Source of the DNA: Halarcobacter sp.
Lineage (GTDB): Bacteria > Campylobacterota > Campylobacteria > Campylobacterales > Arcobacteraceae
Assembly (NCBI GenBank): GCA_048571215.1
Contig: CP182352.1
Location: forward strand, 2,528,001 to 2,592,000
Direction of reading: 5' to 3'
DNA length: 64,000 bases
Shown here: piece by piece, positions 40,018 to 51,330 of the stretch
Layout of the letters: each line of letters opens with the position of its first letter
How positions within the stretch are numbered: the first letter of the stretch is position 1
Notes under the pieces: generated by a model
Databases searched by the model: none
Seen by the model: the letters and a program-made list of their open reading frames with translations, nothing else
What the model was told of the DNA's origin: nothing
Program-made: the position numbers and the translations under genes

Positions 40018-40746
40018 ATGAAAAATGTATATTTAACAGGTGCAGGACCTGGAGATATTGAACTACTTACAATAAAAGCTTTAAAGGTTATACAAAAAGC
40101 TGACGTAATTATCTACGATAGACTTGCAAATCCAGAGATTCTAAATGAAGCAAAAAAAGATGTTGAACTTATCTTTGTAGGAAAAGAAAAAGGTAATCAT
40201 AAAGTACCCCAAGATGAGATAAATGAGATAATCTACCAATCCTCTTTAAAATATAAAACAGTTGTAAGACTAAAAGGTGGTGATCCTTTTGTATTTGGTA
40301 GGGGTGGAGAAGAAGCCTTGTATCTGCAACAAAGAGGAATTAAGTTTGAGATTATTCCTGGTATCACCTCAGCTATTTCAGTTCCTGCATATGCAGGTAT
40401 TCCCGTAACCCATAGGGATATTACACCCTCATTTAGAGTTGTAACTGGACATAGAAAGAGTAGTGATAATATTGCTAAAATCAATTGGCAATCGTTTATT
40501 GAAAATGAAACAATTATATTCTTAATGGGTCTTCATAATATTGAACTAATAGTAACTAATCTTTTAAAAATTGGTAAAACAAAAGAGTATCCTTGTGCCA
40601 TAATCTCAAATGGAACTACAAAAAAACAAAAAATTATAGTTGGAACTCTTGAAAATATAATAGAAAAATCAAAGGAGATGACAAGTCCAGCAATCATCAT
40701 TGTAGGTGAAGTTGTAAATTTAAGAGAAAAATTAAAATGGTTTTAA
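40018..40746 (+). CDS. cobA: Uroporphyrinogen-III C-methyltransferase
   Basis: GAGPGD, RLKGGDPFVFGRGGEE and GIPVTHR motifs. Confidence 0.94.
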   Translation: MKNVYLTGAGPGDIELLTIKALKVIQKADVIIYDRLANPEILNEAKKDVELIFVGKEKGNHKVPQDEINEIIYQSSLKYKTVVRLKGGDPFVFGRGGEEALYLQQRGIKFEIIPGITSAISVPAYAGIPVTHRDITPSFRVVTGHRKSSDNIAKINWQSFIENETIIFLMGLHNIELIVTNLLKIGKTKEYPCAIISNGTTKKQKIIVGTLENIIEKSKEMTSPAIIIVGEVVNLREKLKWF

Positions 40747-40749
40747 AAC

Positions 40750-40821
40750 CTACATTATAAGTGGTTCAGGTTTCCCAAAATAAAAACCTTGAGAATAATC
40801 TATACCTACATCTTTTACATA
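40750..40821 (-). pseudogene. Severed 3' end of the EAL phosphodiesterase gene
   Basis: Reads YVKDVGIDYSQGFYFGKPEPLIM* in frame with 42151-43646 across the IS target site. Confidence 0.9.
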
Positions 40822-42150
40822 GAGACCGTTCAAAAATCTGTGTCAAGTCACCTAAAGTAACAAATCCATACTTGTTACAACTCTAAATAATTATCCAATC
40901 TCCCTTCGAAAAATATAGCAAGTTGGGAGATTGTTAAACTCCAATTATGCACTGGCTGAGTCCATTTTACTTTTGCATTTAATATTCCCATATACAACAA
41001 TTTTAAAAGTGAATTCTCATTAGGGAAAGCTCCTTTTGTTTTGGTTAATTTTCTAAATTGCCTATGTACAGATTCAATAATATTTGTAGTGTACATAATC
41101 TTTCTTATCTCTTTTGGATATTTAAAATAATAAGATAAATTCTCCCATTTATTTTGCCAAGATTGAAGTACTATGGGATATCTTTTCCCCATTTTTCATC
41201 TAGTTTTAAAAGCTCATCTTCTGCAAGTTCTTTTGTTGTTGCTTGATAAACAAGTTTTAAATCTCTCATAAACTCTTTTTGGTCTTTAGAAGCTACATAC
41301 TTCAATGAATTACGAATTTGATGTACAACACAAAGTTGTACTTCGGTATTTGGATATATTGTTTTAATAGCTTCAGGAAAGCCTTTAAGACCATCTACTG
41401 ATGCAATTAGTATATCTTCTAATCCTCTATTATTTAAATCAGTAAGAACACTAAGCCAGAAGTTTGCTCCTTCACTTTGGGATAAATATAATCCTAATAT
41501 ATCTTTTTTACCATCAATTCCCATCCCTAAAACTGTGTAAACTGCTTTACTCACATACTTCCCACCATCTTTTATTTTATAATGTATCGCATCAAGCCAT
41601 ACAAATGGATAAATAGCTTCTAAAGGTCTACTTTGCCAAGCTTTTACCTTATCTATAATTTTATCTGTAATAGTGCTTATTGTTGCACTTGATAATTGTA
41701 TTTGATATATCTCTTCAATATGTTTTATAATATCTCTATAGCTTAATCCTAAGCCATACATAGATAATATCTTTTCTTCTATTTCATTAGACATTGTTGT
41801 TTGGTTTTTCTTTACAAGTTGTGGTTCAAAAGAACCTGTTCTATCTCTTGGAGTATTCAATTCAAAGGAACCACTTGTTGATTTTATTGTTTTAGAGCTT
41901 TTACCATTCTTTCTATTTTTATTTCCTGCAAATACATCTTGAGTTATATGAGAATCTAATTCTGCTTCTAAAGCAGCTTCAACTAATTGTTTTACTAATG
42001 GAGCAAGTACTCCATCTTTACCATTGATATTTTTACCTGCAAGTAAATCTTGTACAGCTTCATTAAAATCAAATTGTTTTTTCTTTTCCATCTATATCAA
42101 TCCTTATAATATTTATTATATCAGACTGACACAGATTTTCTAACACTCCC
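40822..42150 (-). mobile_element. IS256-family insertion sequence, copy 2 (1329 bp)
   Basis: Same IRs as copy 1; 8-bp TSD tttacata at 40814-40821 and 42151-42158. Confidence 0.95.
40875..42091 (-). pseudogene. IS256 transposase split by a 1-bp deletion
   Basis: The C5 run of copy 1 (37921-37925) is C4 here (41187-41190); may be a sequencing artefact. Confidence 0.8.
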
Positions 42151-43646
42151 TTTACATACTGGAATATTTTTTCATCAGAAACAAACTCTGCTATTGTTTG
42201 GATATTATTCTTTTTGGCAAAGATAACTATTGCTTCAACAATAGACCTAGAAAATTCACTCTCAATAACATTTTTTATCAAAGAACCATCAATTTTCACA
42301 TAGTCTGGTTGAAAATCATTTATCCTCTCAAAATTTGAATATCCAGAACCAAAGTCATCAATTGCTATTTTAACATCTCCAACTTTTTTTGATAAGCTGA
42401 TAAACTCTTTTACAGTAACCATATTATTTACATTTTCATCTTCTAATAACTCAAAGGTGATTCTACCTTTATTTTGTTTTTTACTTATCAATTCAAGAAG
42501 TAAGTCTCTTATTTTTTTTGTTTCTATATCAGAAGCTGAAAGGTTTATAGAGATATTACTTTTTGAGTACTTCAAGGTTTCAATTGCATTTTCTATAACT
42601 TTTAAAGTCATACTTTGATAATAACCAGTTTTTTTAGCCAAATCCAAGAAGTGATAAGGGGTTAAAACATTATCTTTTTTGTCAACTAATCTAATCAATG
42701 ATTCATACTTTTCTATTTTCAAAGTTTTATTATCAATTATTGGTTGAAAAAATGAGATTATTTTTCCTTTTGTTTTTAAAGCCTCTTTGATTATCTTAAT
42801 TGTTTTTAGTTTATTTCTAGATTCAAGTTGTGCAGCATTAAAAAAGTCTGTACTACAAACAATATCTTGCTTTTGATTTATAGCATACTCTATACCTAAA
42901 TCAACATCATCATAAATATCTTTTTTTCTTCGTGAATAACTTATAACTACATCTATATCATAAATATTATCTTCAAATAACACTCCATTGTTTTCAAAGT
43001 TTATAAGTACCTCTTTTAGTGAAGACTTAATATCTTTTATATCAATAATATCATTTTTCAAATAAGCAAAAAGTCCATTTTCTAGTATATAAACCTTTTC
43101 CATTTTAAATTTTTCAGGGAAATATGATAAAGATATATTTGAAAACTCTTTTTGAAACTCTTGCATCATAGAAGAAGTATAAAACTCTTTTAAAATATCA
43201 TAATTTGCAATTTTTATAAATACTAAAATAGGATTAACTACATGTTTCAAATCATCTAAAAGTTGCCTTTTAGGATTCATTACATCTGTAATATCGTGTC
43301 TTATCCCAATAATCTCAATAATATTACCATCTGTATCAAGTATTGGGGAGATTGTGGCATCCACATAATATGATGTACCATCTTTTTTTCTGTTTTTTAT
43401 AATATTTTTATAAGTTTTCTTAGAATTTACTGTATCCCAAAGCTCTTTAAATATAGATTTTGGCATATCTGGATGTCTTACAATATTTTGTGGTCTACCT
43501 ATTAACTCATCTCTAGAATAACCTGATATATCACAAAATTTATCATTTACATATTTTATCATCCCTTTTTCATCGGTGATACTTACAATATCACTTTCAT
43601 TTAGGATTCTTTTGTATTCTTTTAATTCATTTAATACATTTTCCAT
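42151..43646 (-). pseudogene. PAS + degenerate GGDEF-like + EAL c-di-GMP phosphodiesterase, truncated by IS256
   Basis: RHPDMP PAS, FFQPI...YESLIRL, IAIDDFGSGYS, VKIDGS and IAEFV motifs; the QG motif lies beyond the IS. Confidence 0.88.
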
Positions 43647-43758
43647 AAAAAACTTTCATATTTATTTTATATTTTATCATCTTTTTTTATATAAAACAAA
43701 TTGAGTAATTTATAGTATAGAAAAAATAATTTCAAGAAAACTTTTTTAGTAAGTTTAA

Positions 43759-44385
43759 TTAGGTAAGATAATTTTTTAAAAGCTCTAAATTTATAGTTTT
43801 GTTTTTCATATTTATTATTCCTTCATCTTTAAAGATTCTTAAAACTCTTGAAAGTGTTTCGGGTGTCATATTTAGAACTTGAGCAATTTTTATATTTTTG
43901 GTATTGAAAAAATCATCGCTATTTTTATAAATATAATTTGCAACTCTTTGTTTAGTATCTAAAATCAAATTTGTAGACACTACATTCTCTAAGTTTCTAA
44001 TTTTTTTAATCAATGATTTCATAATCATAAATGATAGTTTTGGATTATTTAAAACCTGTTCTTTAAAAGAAGCAAATTCTATTCTTAAAACTTTTATATC
44101 TGTTATTGCTTGAGCAGTTGCAGGATAGTCTATCCCTTCAAAATTTGCAACTTCTGCTATAAACTCATTTTTATAAAAATGTTTTAATACTAACTCCCTA
44201 TCTTGGGACATCACTTTATAAAGCTTCACCTCCCCTTCTAAAAGAATATAAAGATATTTTGATTCATCTCCTTCATAAAAAAGAATATTGTCTTTGTTGA
44301 AATTTTTTATAGAAGCTATTTTTTCAATCTCTTTAATCTCTTTTTCTTCAAGATCTTCAAAAAGATATATCTTATTTAATTCCAT
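43759..44385 (-). CDS. Crp/Fnr-family regulator
   Basis: cNMP-binding domain (LFYEGD, YPATA) and HTH MTPETLSR. Confidence 0.9.
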   Translation of the reverse strand: MELNKIYLFEDLEEKEIKEIEKIASIKNFNKDNILFYEGDESKYLYILLEGEVKLYKVMSQDRELVLKHFYKNEFIAEVANFEGIDYPATAQAITDIKVLRIEFASFKEQVLNNPKLSFMIMKSLIKKIRNLENVVSTNLILDTKQRVANYIYKNSDDFFNTKNIKIAQVLNMTPETLSRVLRIFKDEGIINMKNKTINLELLKNYLT

Positions 44386-44939
44386 CTCTTAATATACTCC
44401 TTTACTTTTTTTTCTAGTAGTTGCATTCTATCTTTTCCTTTAGGTAGCTCTTTTCTCAAAGCTCTCATTTGTTTTAAAAAAGTTGAAATATCTTCTGGAA
44501 TTTTTTCTTTTATATATCTTTTAAATAGTTTTGCAAAAGCTGGAGATGAGCCACTTGTTGAAATCGCTACAGTTAAATCCCCCTCTTTTATATATGAAGG
44601 GAAAATAAAGTCACAACACCTTTGTAAATCTACACAATTGCATAAAATATTCTGTTTTTTACACTCTTTATATATCTGTTCTTGAAGTTTTATATCATCT
44701 ATTGCAACAATTACAATATCAAAACCTTTGATATCACCTAGGCTATACTTTTTTTCTATAACTTTTATATTATATTTTCTAGCTTGGGTTTGTACATACT
44801 CACTTATAAAATCTGCAATAATTGTTATATCTTTAGTAAAGTCAAGTAACTTTTCTAATTTTTCAGAACCTATATATCCAGCTCCAATTAGTAAGATTTT
44901 TTTCCCATCCAATGAAAAAAACATTGGGAAATATGCCAT
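44376..44939 (-). CDS. Precorrin-2 dehydrogenase/sirohydrochlorin ferrochelatase (CysG N-terminal/SirC-like)
   Basis: IGAGYIG, NCVD...CDFIFPS and AISTSGSSP motifs. Confidence 0.88.
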   Translation of the reverse strand: MAYFPMFFSLDGKKILLIGAGYIGSEKLEKLLDFTKDITIIADFISEYVQTQARKYNIKVIEKKYSLGDIKGFDIVIVAIDDIKLQEQIYKECKKQNILCNCVDLQRCCDFIFPSYIKEGDLTVAISTSGSSPAFAKLFKRYIKEKIPEDISTFLKQMRALRKELPKGKDRMQLLEKKVKEYIKRWN

Positions 44940-44970
44940 TACAATCCCTTCTAGTTTTTATAAATAACTA

Positions 44971-45933
44971 TTATTTAAATAATCTTTTGAAAAATCTTAC
45001 AACACAACAAGAATCATCAGAAACTAACTCATAAGCTTTTTCTATTGAATCAACTCTTTTTGTAGCATATAAAAGTATTGCGACATTTAGTTTTGCTAAC
45101 TGCATAATTTGTTTTGTTGGATTATTGATAATCTCTATTGCCTCTTCTAAACTAAGCTCTTCATACTCTTTGTCATATTTGATTTTTAAATCTTCAAATT
45201 TAATACTTTTTTCTACTATGCCTTCATTTTCAACATCCCAATATTTAAAACTATTAAATACTTCAGGTGTTCCTTCATTTCCTTTTATTATTAGAAGATT
45301 TTCATAGTTTTCACCAAATAGTTTTAAATACTTTTCCACATATGGTCTATGAAAAGCCGAGGTGATTGCATATTTTGAATTTGCTGGATTTAAAAGTTTT
45401 TCAACAGTGTTAAAAATAGTTCTCATATAAAGTTTTAGTCTTAAATCTGTTAAATCCGATAACTCTTTAAAATACTCTTGTCTATCAAAAAAGTGAATAT
45501 TATCCTCTAAGGTTATATTGTTTACAATATCTTTTACAGTAATCCCTTTTTTTGCAGGTTGTAACTTATCTCCACTAATAACTATCTCAAAAGGTTCAAT
45601 CTCTTTGTTTCTTTTAAAAAACTCTTTTAGGATTTTTCCATATAAAGGGAATAGATAGGGTTGTGTTGTTTTCCCATCATAAGAGAAACCAAGTTCAATT
45701 GATTCTGGTATATCATCTCTTTTTATATACTTTTCAAATGAATCTAAACATCCACTAAGCTCATCATCACTTTCAAGTTTCACCCTCAAAAGCATCAAAA
45801 ATGCTGCTGCTTGTTCACTATCACATTTTTGTTCTAAGATACCCTGAATAGCTTCACCTATCTCCTCTTTTGTTAAATTTTTATTTGATTTTGGACCTGT
45901 TCCTACAGCTTTTATATATTTAAAAAAGTTCAT
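44971..45933 (-). CDS. Glycosyl transferase family 3 / TrpD2 (YbiB)-like protein
   Basis: YIKAVGTGPK, AAFLMLLRVK, SAFHRPY and KGNEG motifs. Confidence 0.7.
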   Translation of the reverse strand: MNFFKYIKAVGTGPKSNKNLTKEEIGEAIQGILEQKCDSEQAAAFLMLLRVKLESDDELSGCLDSFEKYIKRDDIPESIELGFSYDGKTTQPYLFPLYGKILKEFFKRNKEIEPFEIVISGDKLQPAKKGITVKDIVNNITLEDNIHFFDRQEYFKELSDLTDLRLKLYMRTIFNTVEKLLNPANSKYAITSAFHRPYVEKYLKLFGENYENLLIIKGNEGTPEVFNSFKYWDVENEGIVEKSIKFEDLKIKYDKEYEELSLEEAIEIINNPTKQIMQLAKLNVAILLYATKRVDSIEKAYELVSDDSCCVVRFFKRLFK

Positions 45934-46049
45934 AATATCCCCATTTAGTTTTTTATTTTAATAAAGATTATACAATCTTCCTAGTTAAAGTAAATATAGC
46001 AAATATTTTAGTTTCACATTGTTTATACAAAACAATGTTAAAATAAAAT

Positions 46050-46433
46050 ATGAAAAAAACAATAATTCTAGTAACTCTTTTTTTAAATAGTTTAGTTTTT
46101 GCTTATGGTTCTAAGATAAAAGGTATTTATGCAATAGGAGTATTTGATCAAAATAAAAATGGTGAAAATGTACAGCATGTTTTAAAAACAAAAAATGATT
46201 ATAATGGAAGTTGTTATACAAAAATATTTATTTTAGGTGTACCTTCAAATATTACTCCCCAAGTTAAAATAGGCAAATCAAGAGGACATTATCAAAGTAG
46301 AATCTCCATTTTTAATAGGAAAAAAATAAAAATTGGAGAAGAACTACTTTATAAACACTACAAAGTCACAAAAGGCTATATTGAAGTTAAACTAAATGGA
46401 AAACTATACGATACAAAAGTTTTTGTAAAGTAA
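46050..46433 (+). CDS. Hypothetical secreted protein
   Basis: Signal peptide MKKTIILVTLFLNSLVFA. Confidence 0.65.
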   Translation: MKKTIILVTLFLNSLVFAYGSKIKGIYAIGVFDQNKNGENVQHVLKTKNDYNGSCYTKIFILGVPSNITPQVKIGKSRGHYQSRISIFNRKKIKIGEELLYKHYKVTKGYIEVKLNGKLYDTKVFVK

Positions 46434-46458
46434 ATAAAAATTAAATTTAACTTCTAAG

Positions 46459-46620
46459 CTAGAAAAATATCAATCCCAAAAAAAATAGTACTAAAAGTGT
46501 TGAACCAATAGGAAAAGCTTTTGCTAATGGATTATCTTTTCCAACTAAAGATACAGACACCTTACTTAAAAGATAAAAAAAGCCAACTAAACAGATTGCA
46601 CCTATTATTTTTATAAGCAT
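46459..46620 (-). CDS. Small 53-aa two-TM membrane protein (not in ORF track)
   Basis: MLIKIIGAICLVGFFYLLSKVSVSLVGKDNPLAKAFPIGSTLLVLFFLGLIFF*; strong RBS aaggagg 5 nt upstream. Confidence 0.65.
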   Translation of the reverse strand: MLIKIIGAICLVGFFYLLSKVSVSLVGKDNPLAKAFPIGSTLLVLFFLGLIFF

Positions 46621-46741
46621 AATAGCCTCCTTATAGATTAGATAATATATTTTATTACTTAAATTTTATAACTTTATAATTAATGAAAAATAAAAATTTT
46701 AATTACTCTTATTATTTAATATCTTGAAGTTTTTTTAGTAT

Positions 46742-46769
46742 AAAAAGAGGGAGAGTACTCCCTCTTTTA
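46742..46769 (-). terminator. Intrinsic terminator downstream of phoD
   Basis: aaaagagggag-agta-ctccctctttt. Confidence 0.8.
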
Positions 46770-46772
46770 AGC

Positions 46773-48554
46773 TTATATAATAGTGTTTGTACCAACAAGT
46801 GTTTTTAAACTAGTCTGTCTTGCTGTATCCAAAGAATAAGTTGTTGAAGCATAATTATCAACATAATACCAAGTAGTACTTGCTTCACTTGAGGTAAATG
46901 TTATAACAAGAAATCCCCTTTGATTCAAGTTTGTATATTTTAAATCATCAATCAAAAATGTTAATGCAGCTTCAAAATTTTGTGCTGCTGTTAATGTAGT
47001 TAATCCTGCATAATCTTCCATTCCAGGTGAGCTTACAGAAGTAACTGCATATTCTACAGCTACAGAACTACCTCCTTGATCTTTAATTTCATTTGCCCAA
47101 GAATTATGTGTATCACCCGATAAAACCACTAAGTTTTTACTTAATGTTTTAGCAGTAGCAAAAATTACTTCTCTTTCATAAAAATATCCATCCCATGCAT
47201 CTAAGTTATACGGTAAAGTTGTAGTTACTCTTGCTTTTTCAGCAGGAGTTAACGTGGTATCATTGTTAAGCATTCTAGTTTTTATAGTAATTAATTCACT
47301 AATTGATGTACTTAAGCTTGTTAAAAGAGCAGTTTTTTGATCACTAGTAATATTTCCATTCAATTGGGCAATTATTGTCAATAACTCAGCAGGTAAAAAC
47401 ATTTTTCCCATTAATACTTGTTGACCTAAAACATCCCATGTTGCGGTAGAATTTGTTAACTTATTTTGTAACCAAAGTAATTGTTCGCTTCCAATCATTG
47501 TTCTAGTATTATCAACTAAATCCATTGAAAAAGTTGCAGAATCAAAATTTCCTAAATTGTCAAAGTACTTAGAATAATCTAATTGTTTATCCCTAGCAAT
47601 AACTCTTGTATCTAACATATAAAGATTCACAAGATTTCCAAACTCAAATGATCTATAGATAATCTCTGTATTGCCTTTTGTATAGGGTCGGATAGGAAGC
47701 CACTCAAAATAAGCTTGTAATGCTTGTATTTTTCTTGATTGAAAGTCACCCTCACTTGGGTCATGATTTTCTGCTCCATCTTTATATGTATCATTTGCAA
47801 TTTCATGATCATCCCATATTGGTATAACAGGAATATTTTTATGTAAGGCTACACAACCTTCATCAGTTCTATATAAAGCATATCTTTTTCTATAATCTTC
47901 AAGTGTTAAAAGTTCTGTATCATTATCAGCAGGTAAAACCCTTCCAATAGTAGCAGCATTTGATGTAGCATAAGCAGGAGTTACGCCATCATCATTTTCA
48001 TACATACCATATTCATAAATATAATCTCCTAAGAGCAAGGCAACATCCAAATCCATTTTAGAAGCCTCCATATATGCATTAAAATAACCATTAGGATAGT
48101 TTGCACATGAAAAAGCCGCCATCTTAACTTGACTAGGATTTGCTGCTATTGTTTTGGTTTTTCCAACAATTGATACTTTTTCATTAGATTTAAATCTATA
48201 AAAATATGTTGTATTTTCTACTAAATCTTGTAAATCAATTTTTACAGTGTAATCTTCATTTTGATTAGTTGTGATAATTGCAGATCTAAGTATTGTTGAA
48301 AAATCTGATGCTTCAGAAATTTCATAAGCTAAGTTTATAGTTGAAATAGTACTTTTAGGAGTAACTCTAGTCCAAAGAATTACACTAGTAGTTGTAGGAT
48401 CTCCACTAGCAACTCCATGATTAAAATCTACATCTACAGTATTCCAAGTACTTAACTGAGATGATGTGCATCCAGTCATTGCTGTTGAAACTACAAGTGA
48501 ACTTGCAGTTAAAGCCGATATTTTTAAAAAATCTCTTCTTGTAATCTTTACCAT
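46773..48554 (-). CDS. phoD: Alkaline phosphatase D, Tat-exported lipoprotein
   Basis: TRRDFLK Tat motif, MTGC lipobox, HGVASGDP, GDYIYE, WDDHE, DAWDGY and SGDTH motifs. Confidence 0.93.
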   Translation of the reverse strand: MVKITRRDFLKISALTASSLVVSTAMTGCTSSQLSTWNTVDVDFNHGVASGDPTTTSVILWTRVTPKSTISTINLAYEISEASDFSTILRSAIITTNQNEDYTVKIDLQDLVENTTYFYRFKSNEKVSIVGKTKTIAANPSQVKMAAFSCANYPNGYFNAYMEASKMDLDVALLLGDYIYEYGMYENDDGVTPAYATSNAATIGRVLPADNDTELLTLEDYRKRYALYRTDEGCVALHKNIPVIPIWDDHEIANDTYKDGAENHDPSEGDFQSRKIQALQAYFEWLPIRPYTKGNTEIIYRSFEFGNLVNLYMLDTRVIARDKQLDYSKYFDNLGNFDSATFSMDLVDNTRTMIGSEQLLWLQNKLTNSTATWDVLGQQVLMGKMFLPAELLTIIAQLNGNITSDQKTALLTSLSTSISELITIKTRMLNNDTTLTPAEKARVTTTLPYNLDAWDGYFYEREVIFATAKTLSKNLVVLSGDTHNSWANEIKDQGGSSVAVEYAVTSVSSPGMEDYAGLTTLTAAQNFEAALTFLIDDLKYTNLNQRGFLVITFTSSEASTTWYYVDNYASTTYSLDTARQTSLKTLVGTNTII

Positions 48555-48578
48555 TTTTTGCCTTCATAATTTTATGAA

Positions 48579-48612
48579 AGTTTAATAGTAAATAATTACA
48601 AAAAGATGACAA
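48579..48612 (-). promoter_or_regulatory. Pho-box-like site and -10 element upstream of phoD
   Basis: Minus strand reads TTGTCAT-CTTT-TTGTAAT, then exactly 10 nt, then TAAACT. Confidence 0.55.
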
Positions 48613-48620
48613 ATATATAA

Positions 48621-49859
48621 TTACATGTATTTAGTAAGAACTTCTGGTATTTTTATACTACCATCAGCTTGTTGATAATTTTCCATAATAGCTAAAAGTG
48701 TTCTTCCCACTGCTAGTGAAGATCCATTTAAAGTATGCGCTAAAATATTTTTCTTATCCTTTTTATATCTAATTTTTGCTCGTCTTGCTTGAAAATCCCT
48801 AGTATTAGATATAGAAGAGATTTCTCTATATTTTCCTTGTCCAGGAAGCCAAACTTCAAGGTCTATTGTTTTTGCTGCACTAAAACCTAAATCACCAGTA
48901 CAAAGCATAACTTTTTGATGAGCAAGACCTAAAGAAGTTAATAAATCACTTGCACAAGCAACCATTTTTTCAAATATCTCATCTGATTCCTCTTGTTTAG
49001 TAATAGCCACCATCTCAACTTTATCAAACTGATGTTGTCTTATAAGCCCTCTTGTATCTCTTCCTGCACTTCCTGCTTCTTTTCTAAAACATGGAGTGTA
49101 TGATGTTAACATTAAAGGTAATTCATCAACTGATAATATCTCATCATTGTAAAGATTTGTTAATGAAACCTCTGCTGTAGGGATTAGATATAAATCTTCC
49201 CCTTCGATTTTAAATAAATCATCTTCAAACTTTGGTAACTGCCCAGTTCCTTGTAAAGTATTTGAGTTTGCCATAAAAGGTACATACCACTCTTCAAAAC
49301 CTCTACTTCTATTAAAATCTAACATATAGTTTATAAGTGCTCGCTCTAATCTTGCCCCCTGCCCTTTAATAGCTGAGAACCTAGATTTTGCTAGTTTAAC
49401 ACCCCTTTCAAAATCTAACCAATTATTAGGTAAATCCCAGTGCTCTTTTGGTTCAAAATCAAAACTTGGTTTCTCTCCAATGGTTTCTAATAATTGATTT
49501 TCATCTTCATCTTTTCCATCTGGTACTATCTCATCTGGTATATTTGGTACACCAAGAAGTATTGATAATAGTTCATCTTCTAAGGTTTTTACCTCTTCTT
49601 CAAAAGCTTGTTTTATAGATTTTAGTTCATTGATCTCATTTTGTAAAGGGCTTATATCTAATCCCTCTTTTTTATATCTTCCAAACTCTTTTGATAATCT
49701 ATTTTGTGAAGCTGTTGTATCTTCCATCTCTTGTCGTTTAATTTTTGCATCTTCAGATATTGCTTTTAATGAATCTAAAATATCTGAAGCAACCCCTTTT
49801 CTTTTAAGTGCTGTTGCAACATATTCAAAATCTCTTTGTAATAGTTTTATATCAATCAT
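48621..49859 (-). CDS. serS: Serine--tRNA ligase
   Basis: [32 protein letters not shown] and [12 protein letters not shown] motifs. Confidence 0.97.
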   Translation of the reverse strand: MIDIKLLQRDFEYVATALKRKGVASDILDSLKAISEDAKIKRQEMEDTTASQNRLSKEFGRYKKEGLDISPLQNEINELKSIKQAFEEEVKTLEDELLSILLGVPNIPDEIVPDGKDEDENQLLETIGEKPSFDFEPKEHWDLPNNWLDFERGVKLAKSRFSAIKGQGARLERALINYMLDFNRSRGFEEWYVPFMANSNTLQGTGQLPKFEDDLFKIEGEDLYLIPTAEVSLTNLYNDEILSVDELPLMLTSYTPCFRKEAGSAGRDTRGLIRQHQFDKVEMVAITKQEESDEIFEKMVACASDLLTSLGLAHQKVMLCTGDLGFSAAKTIDLEVWLPGQGKYREISSISNTRDFQARRAKIRYKKDKKNILAHTLNGSSLAVGRTLLAIMENYQQADGSIKIPEVLTKYM

Positions 49860-50001
49860 ATCGCTCTTTCTCAAATTTTTTATAAGTTTACAAAGCAATT
49901 ATAGCTTGTACTTGTTTATATTTTAAATGTGTATTGTACCTAAAGTTTCCTTTTTACTTTTTTTTTATAAAATATATTAAATCGTAAAATGGGATATTCA
50001 A

Positions 50002-51279
50002 ATGAAATATAAATTTTTTACTGTAGTACTTCCAATAATTGCTTTAGTTGTTGCCTCTTTTTATATAACAATACAATTTATAAAACCTAGTCCAAAAAAA
50101 GAGATTACTATTGCAACAGGTAGTAAAAATGGAAACTATTATAAAACTGCCTTAGAGTATAAAGCCTTATTAGAAAAAGAGAATGTAAAAGTAAATTTAA
50201 TAAATTCAGCTGGTTCAGTTGAGAATATTGAACTTCTTAAACAAAATAAAGCTGATATGGCTTTTGTACAAAATGGTACAATAACAAATGAGATTGCTCC
50301 AAATATAAAATCCCTAGCATCAATCTATTATGAACCTTTATGGGTCTTTTATAAAAATGATGGCTTTTCTGTTGATTATATTATTCAATTTATTACAAAA
50401 AAAATCTCTATTAATAAAATTGGCAGTGGCACTAGAGATTTAGCGATACAAATTTTAAAAGATAATGGTATAGATGAAACTAATTCTACAATTTTAGATT
50501 ATGATACTGATAAATCAAAAGAAGCTTTATTAAAAGGTGAAATTGATGTAGTTTTTATAGTCTCTTCCCACAAATCTGAAGCAATAAAAGAGTTACTAGA
50601 AGACCCAAAAATAAACCTTTTTAGTTTTAAAAGAGCTAGAGCTTATAGTAGAAAATATCCCTATTTAGAAGCTTTAAATCTATATGAGGGAACTTTAGAT
50701 TTATATAAAAATTTACCAGATGAAAATAAGAATCTATTAGCAACAACTGCAAATTTAGTAGTAAAGAAAGACTTTTCAGAAGAACTAAAAAGACTTGTAC
50801 TAAAAAAAATCAAAGAAGTTCATAATAAAAAAGACCTTTTTGCAAAAGCAGGACAATTTCCAAATCCATACAATATGGTTTTAGATTTAGATGAAGAGGC
50901 TCAAAAATATTTTAAATATGGAGATACCTGGTTAGAAAAAATCTTTCCCTATTGGATAGCTTCAAATATAGATAGATTGAAAATACTTATTATTCCTCTC
51001 TTAACCCTACTTTTCCCTTTGTTTAAAGGATTTTACCCTTTATACAATTGGAGTATGAGATCAAAAATATATAGATGGTATGATGAAGTAAGACAGTTGG
51101 ATGAAGAAGTGGATAATAAAGATAAAAACAAACTTCAAAATGAGCTAGAATCCTTAGAAAAGCTAAGACGTGAAATAAGTAAAGAAACAAAGGTTCCCCT
51201 AGCATATATGGGAGAGTATTACAACTTGCAACTCCATCTTGACCATATTATATTTAAAATAGAAAAGAAGCTTAAATAG
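50002..51279 (+). CDS. TAXI-family solute-binding protein with C-terminal TM extension
   Basis: IATGSKNGNY, SAGSVENI, AFVQ and YYEPLW motifs. Confidence 0.8.
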   Translation: MKYKFFTVVLPIIALVVASFYITIQFIKPSPKKEITIATGSKNGNYYKTALEYKALLEKENVKVNLINSAGSVENIELLKQNKADMAFVQNGTITNEIAPNIKSLASIYYEPLWVFYKNDGFSVDYIIQFITKKISINKIGSGTRDLAIQILKDNGIDETNSTILDYDTDKSKEALLKGEIDVVFIVSSHKSEAIKELLEDPKINLFSFKRARAYSRKYPYLEALNLYEGTLDLYKNLPDENKNLLATTANLVVKKDFSEELKRLVLKKIKEVHNKKDLFAKAGQFPNPYNMVLDLDEEAQKYFKYGDTWLEKIFPYWIASNIDRLKILIIPLLTLLFPLFKGFYPLYNWSMRSKIYRWYDEVRQLDEEVDNKDKNKLQNELESLEKLRREISKETKVPLAYMGEYYNLQLHLDHIIFKIEKKLK

Positions 51280-51330
51280 CTATTATACTTACTTTTGATA
51301 TAATTTTTCAAAAATTTCAAGGGAAATAAA

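Noticed and set aside
41171..41192. Programmed frameshift in IS256 copy 2
   Set aside because: Copy 1 is a single intact ORF; the difference is a 1-bp homopolymer loss, either mutation or sequencing error
37556..42150. Composite transposon carrying moaA and cobA
   Set aside because: Each IS has its own distinct 8-bp TSD (ttttaacc and tttacata), so they are independent insertions
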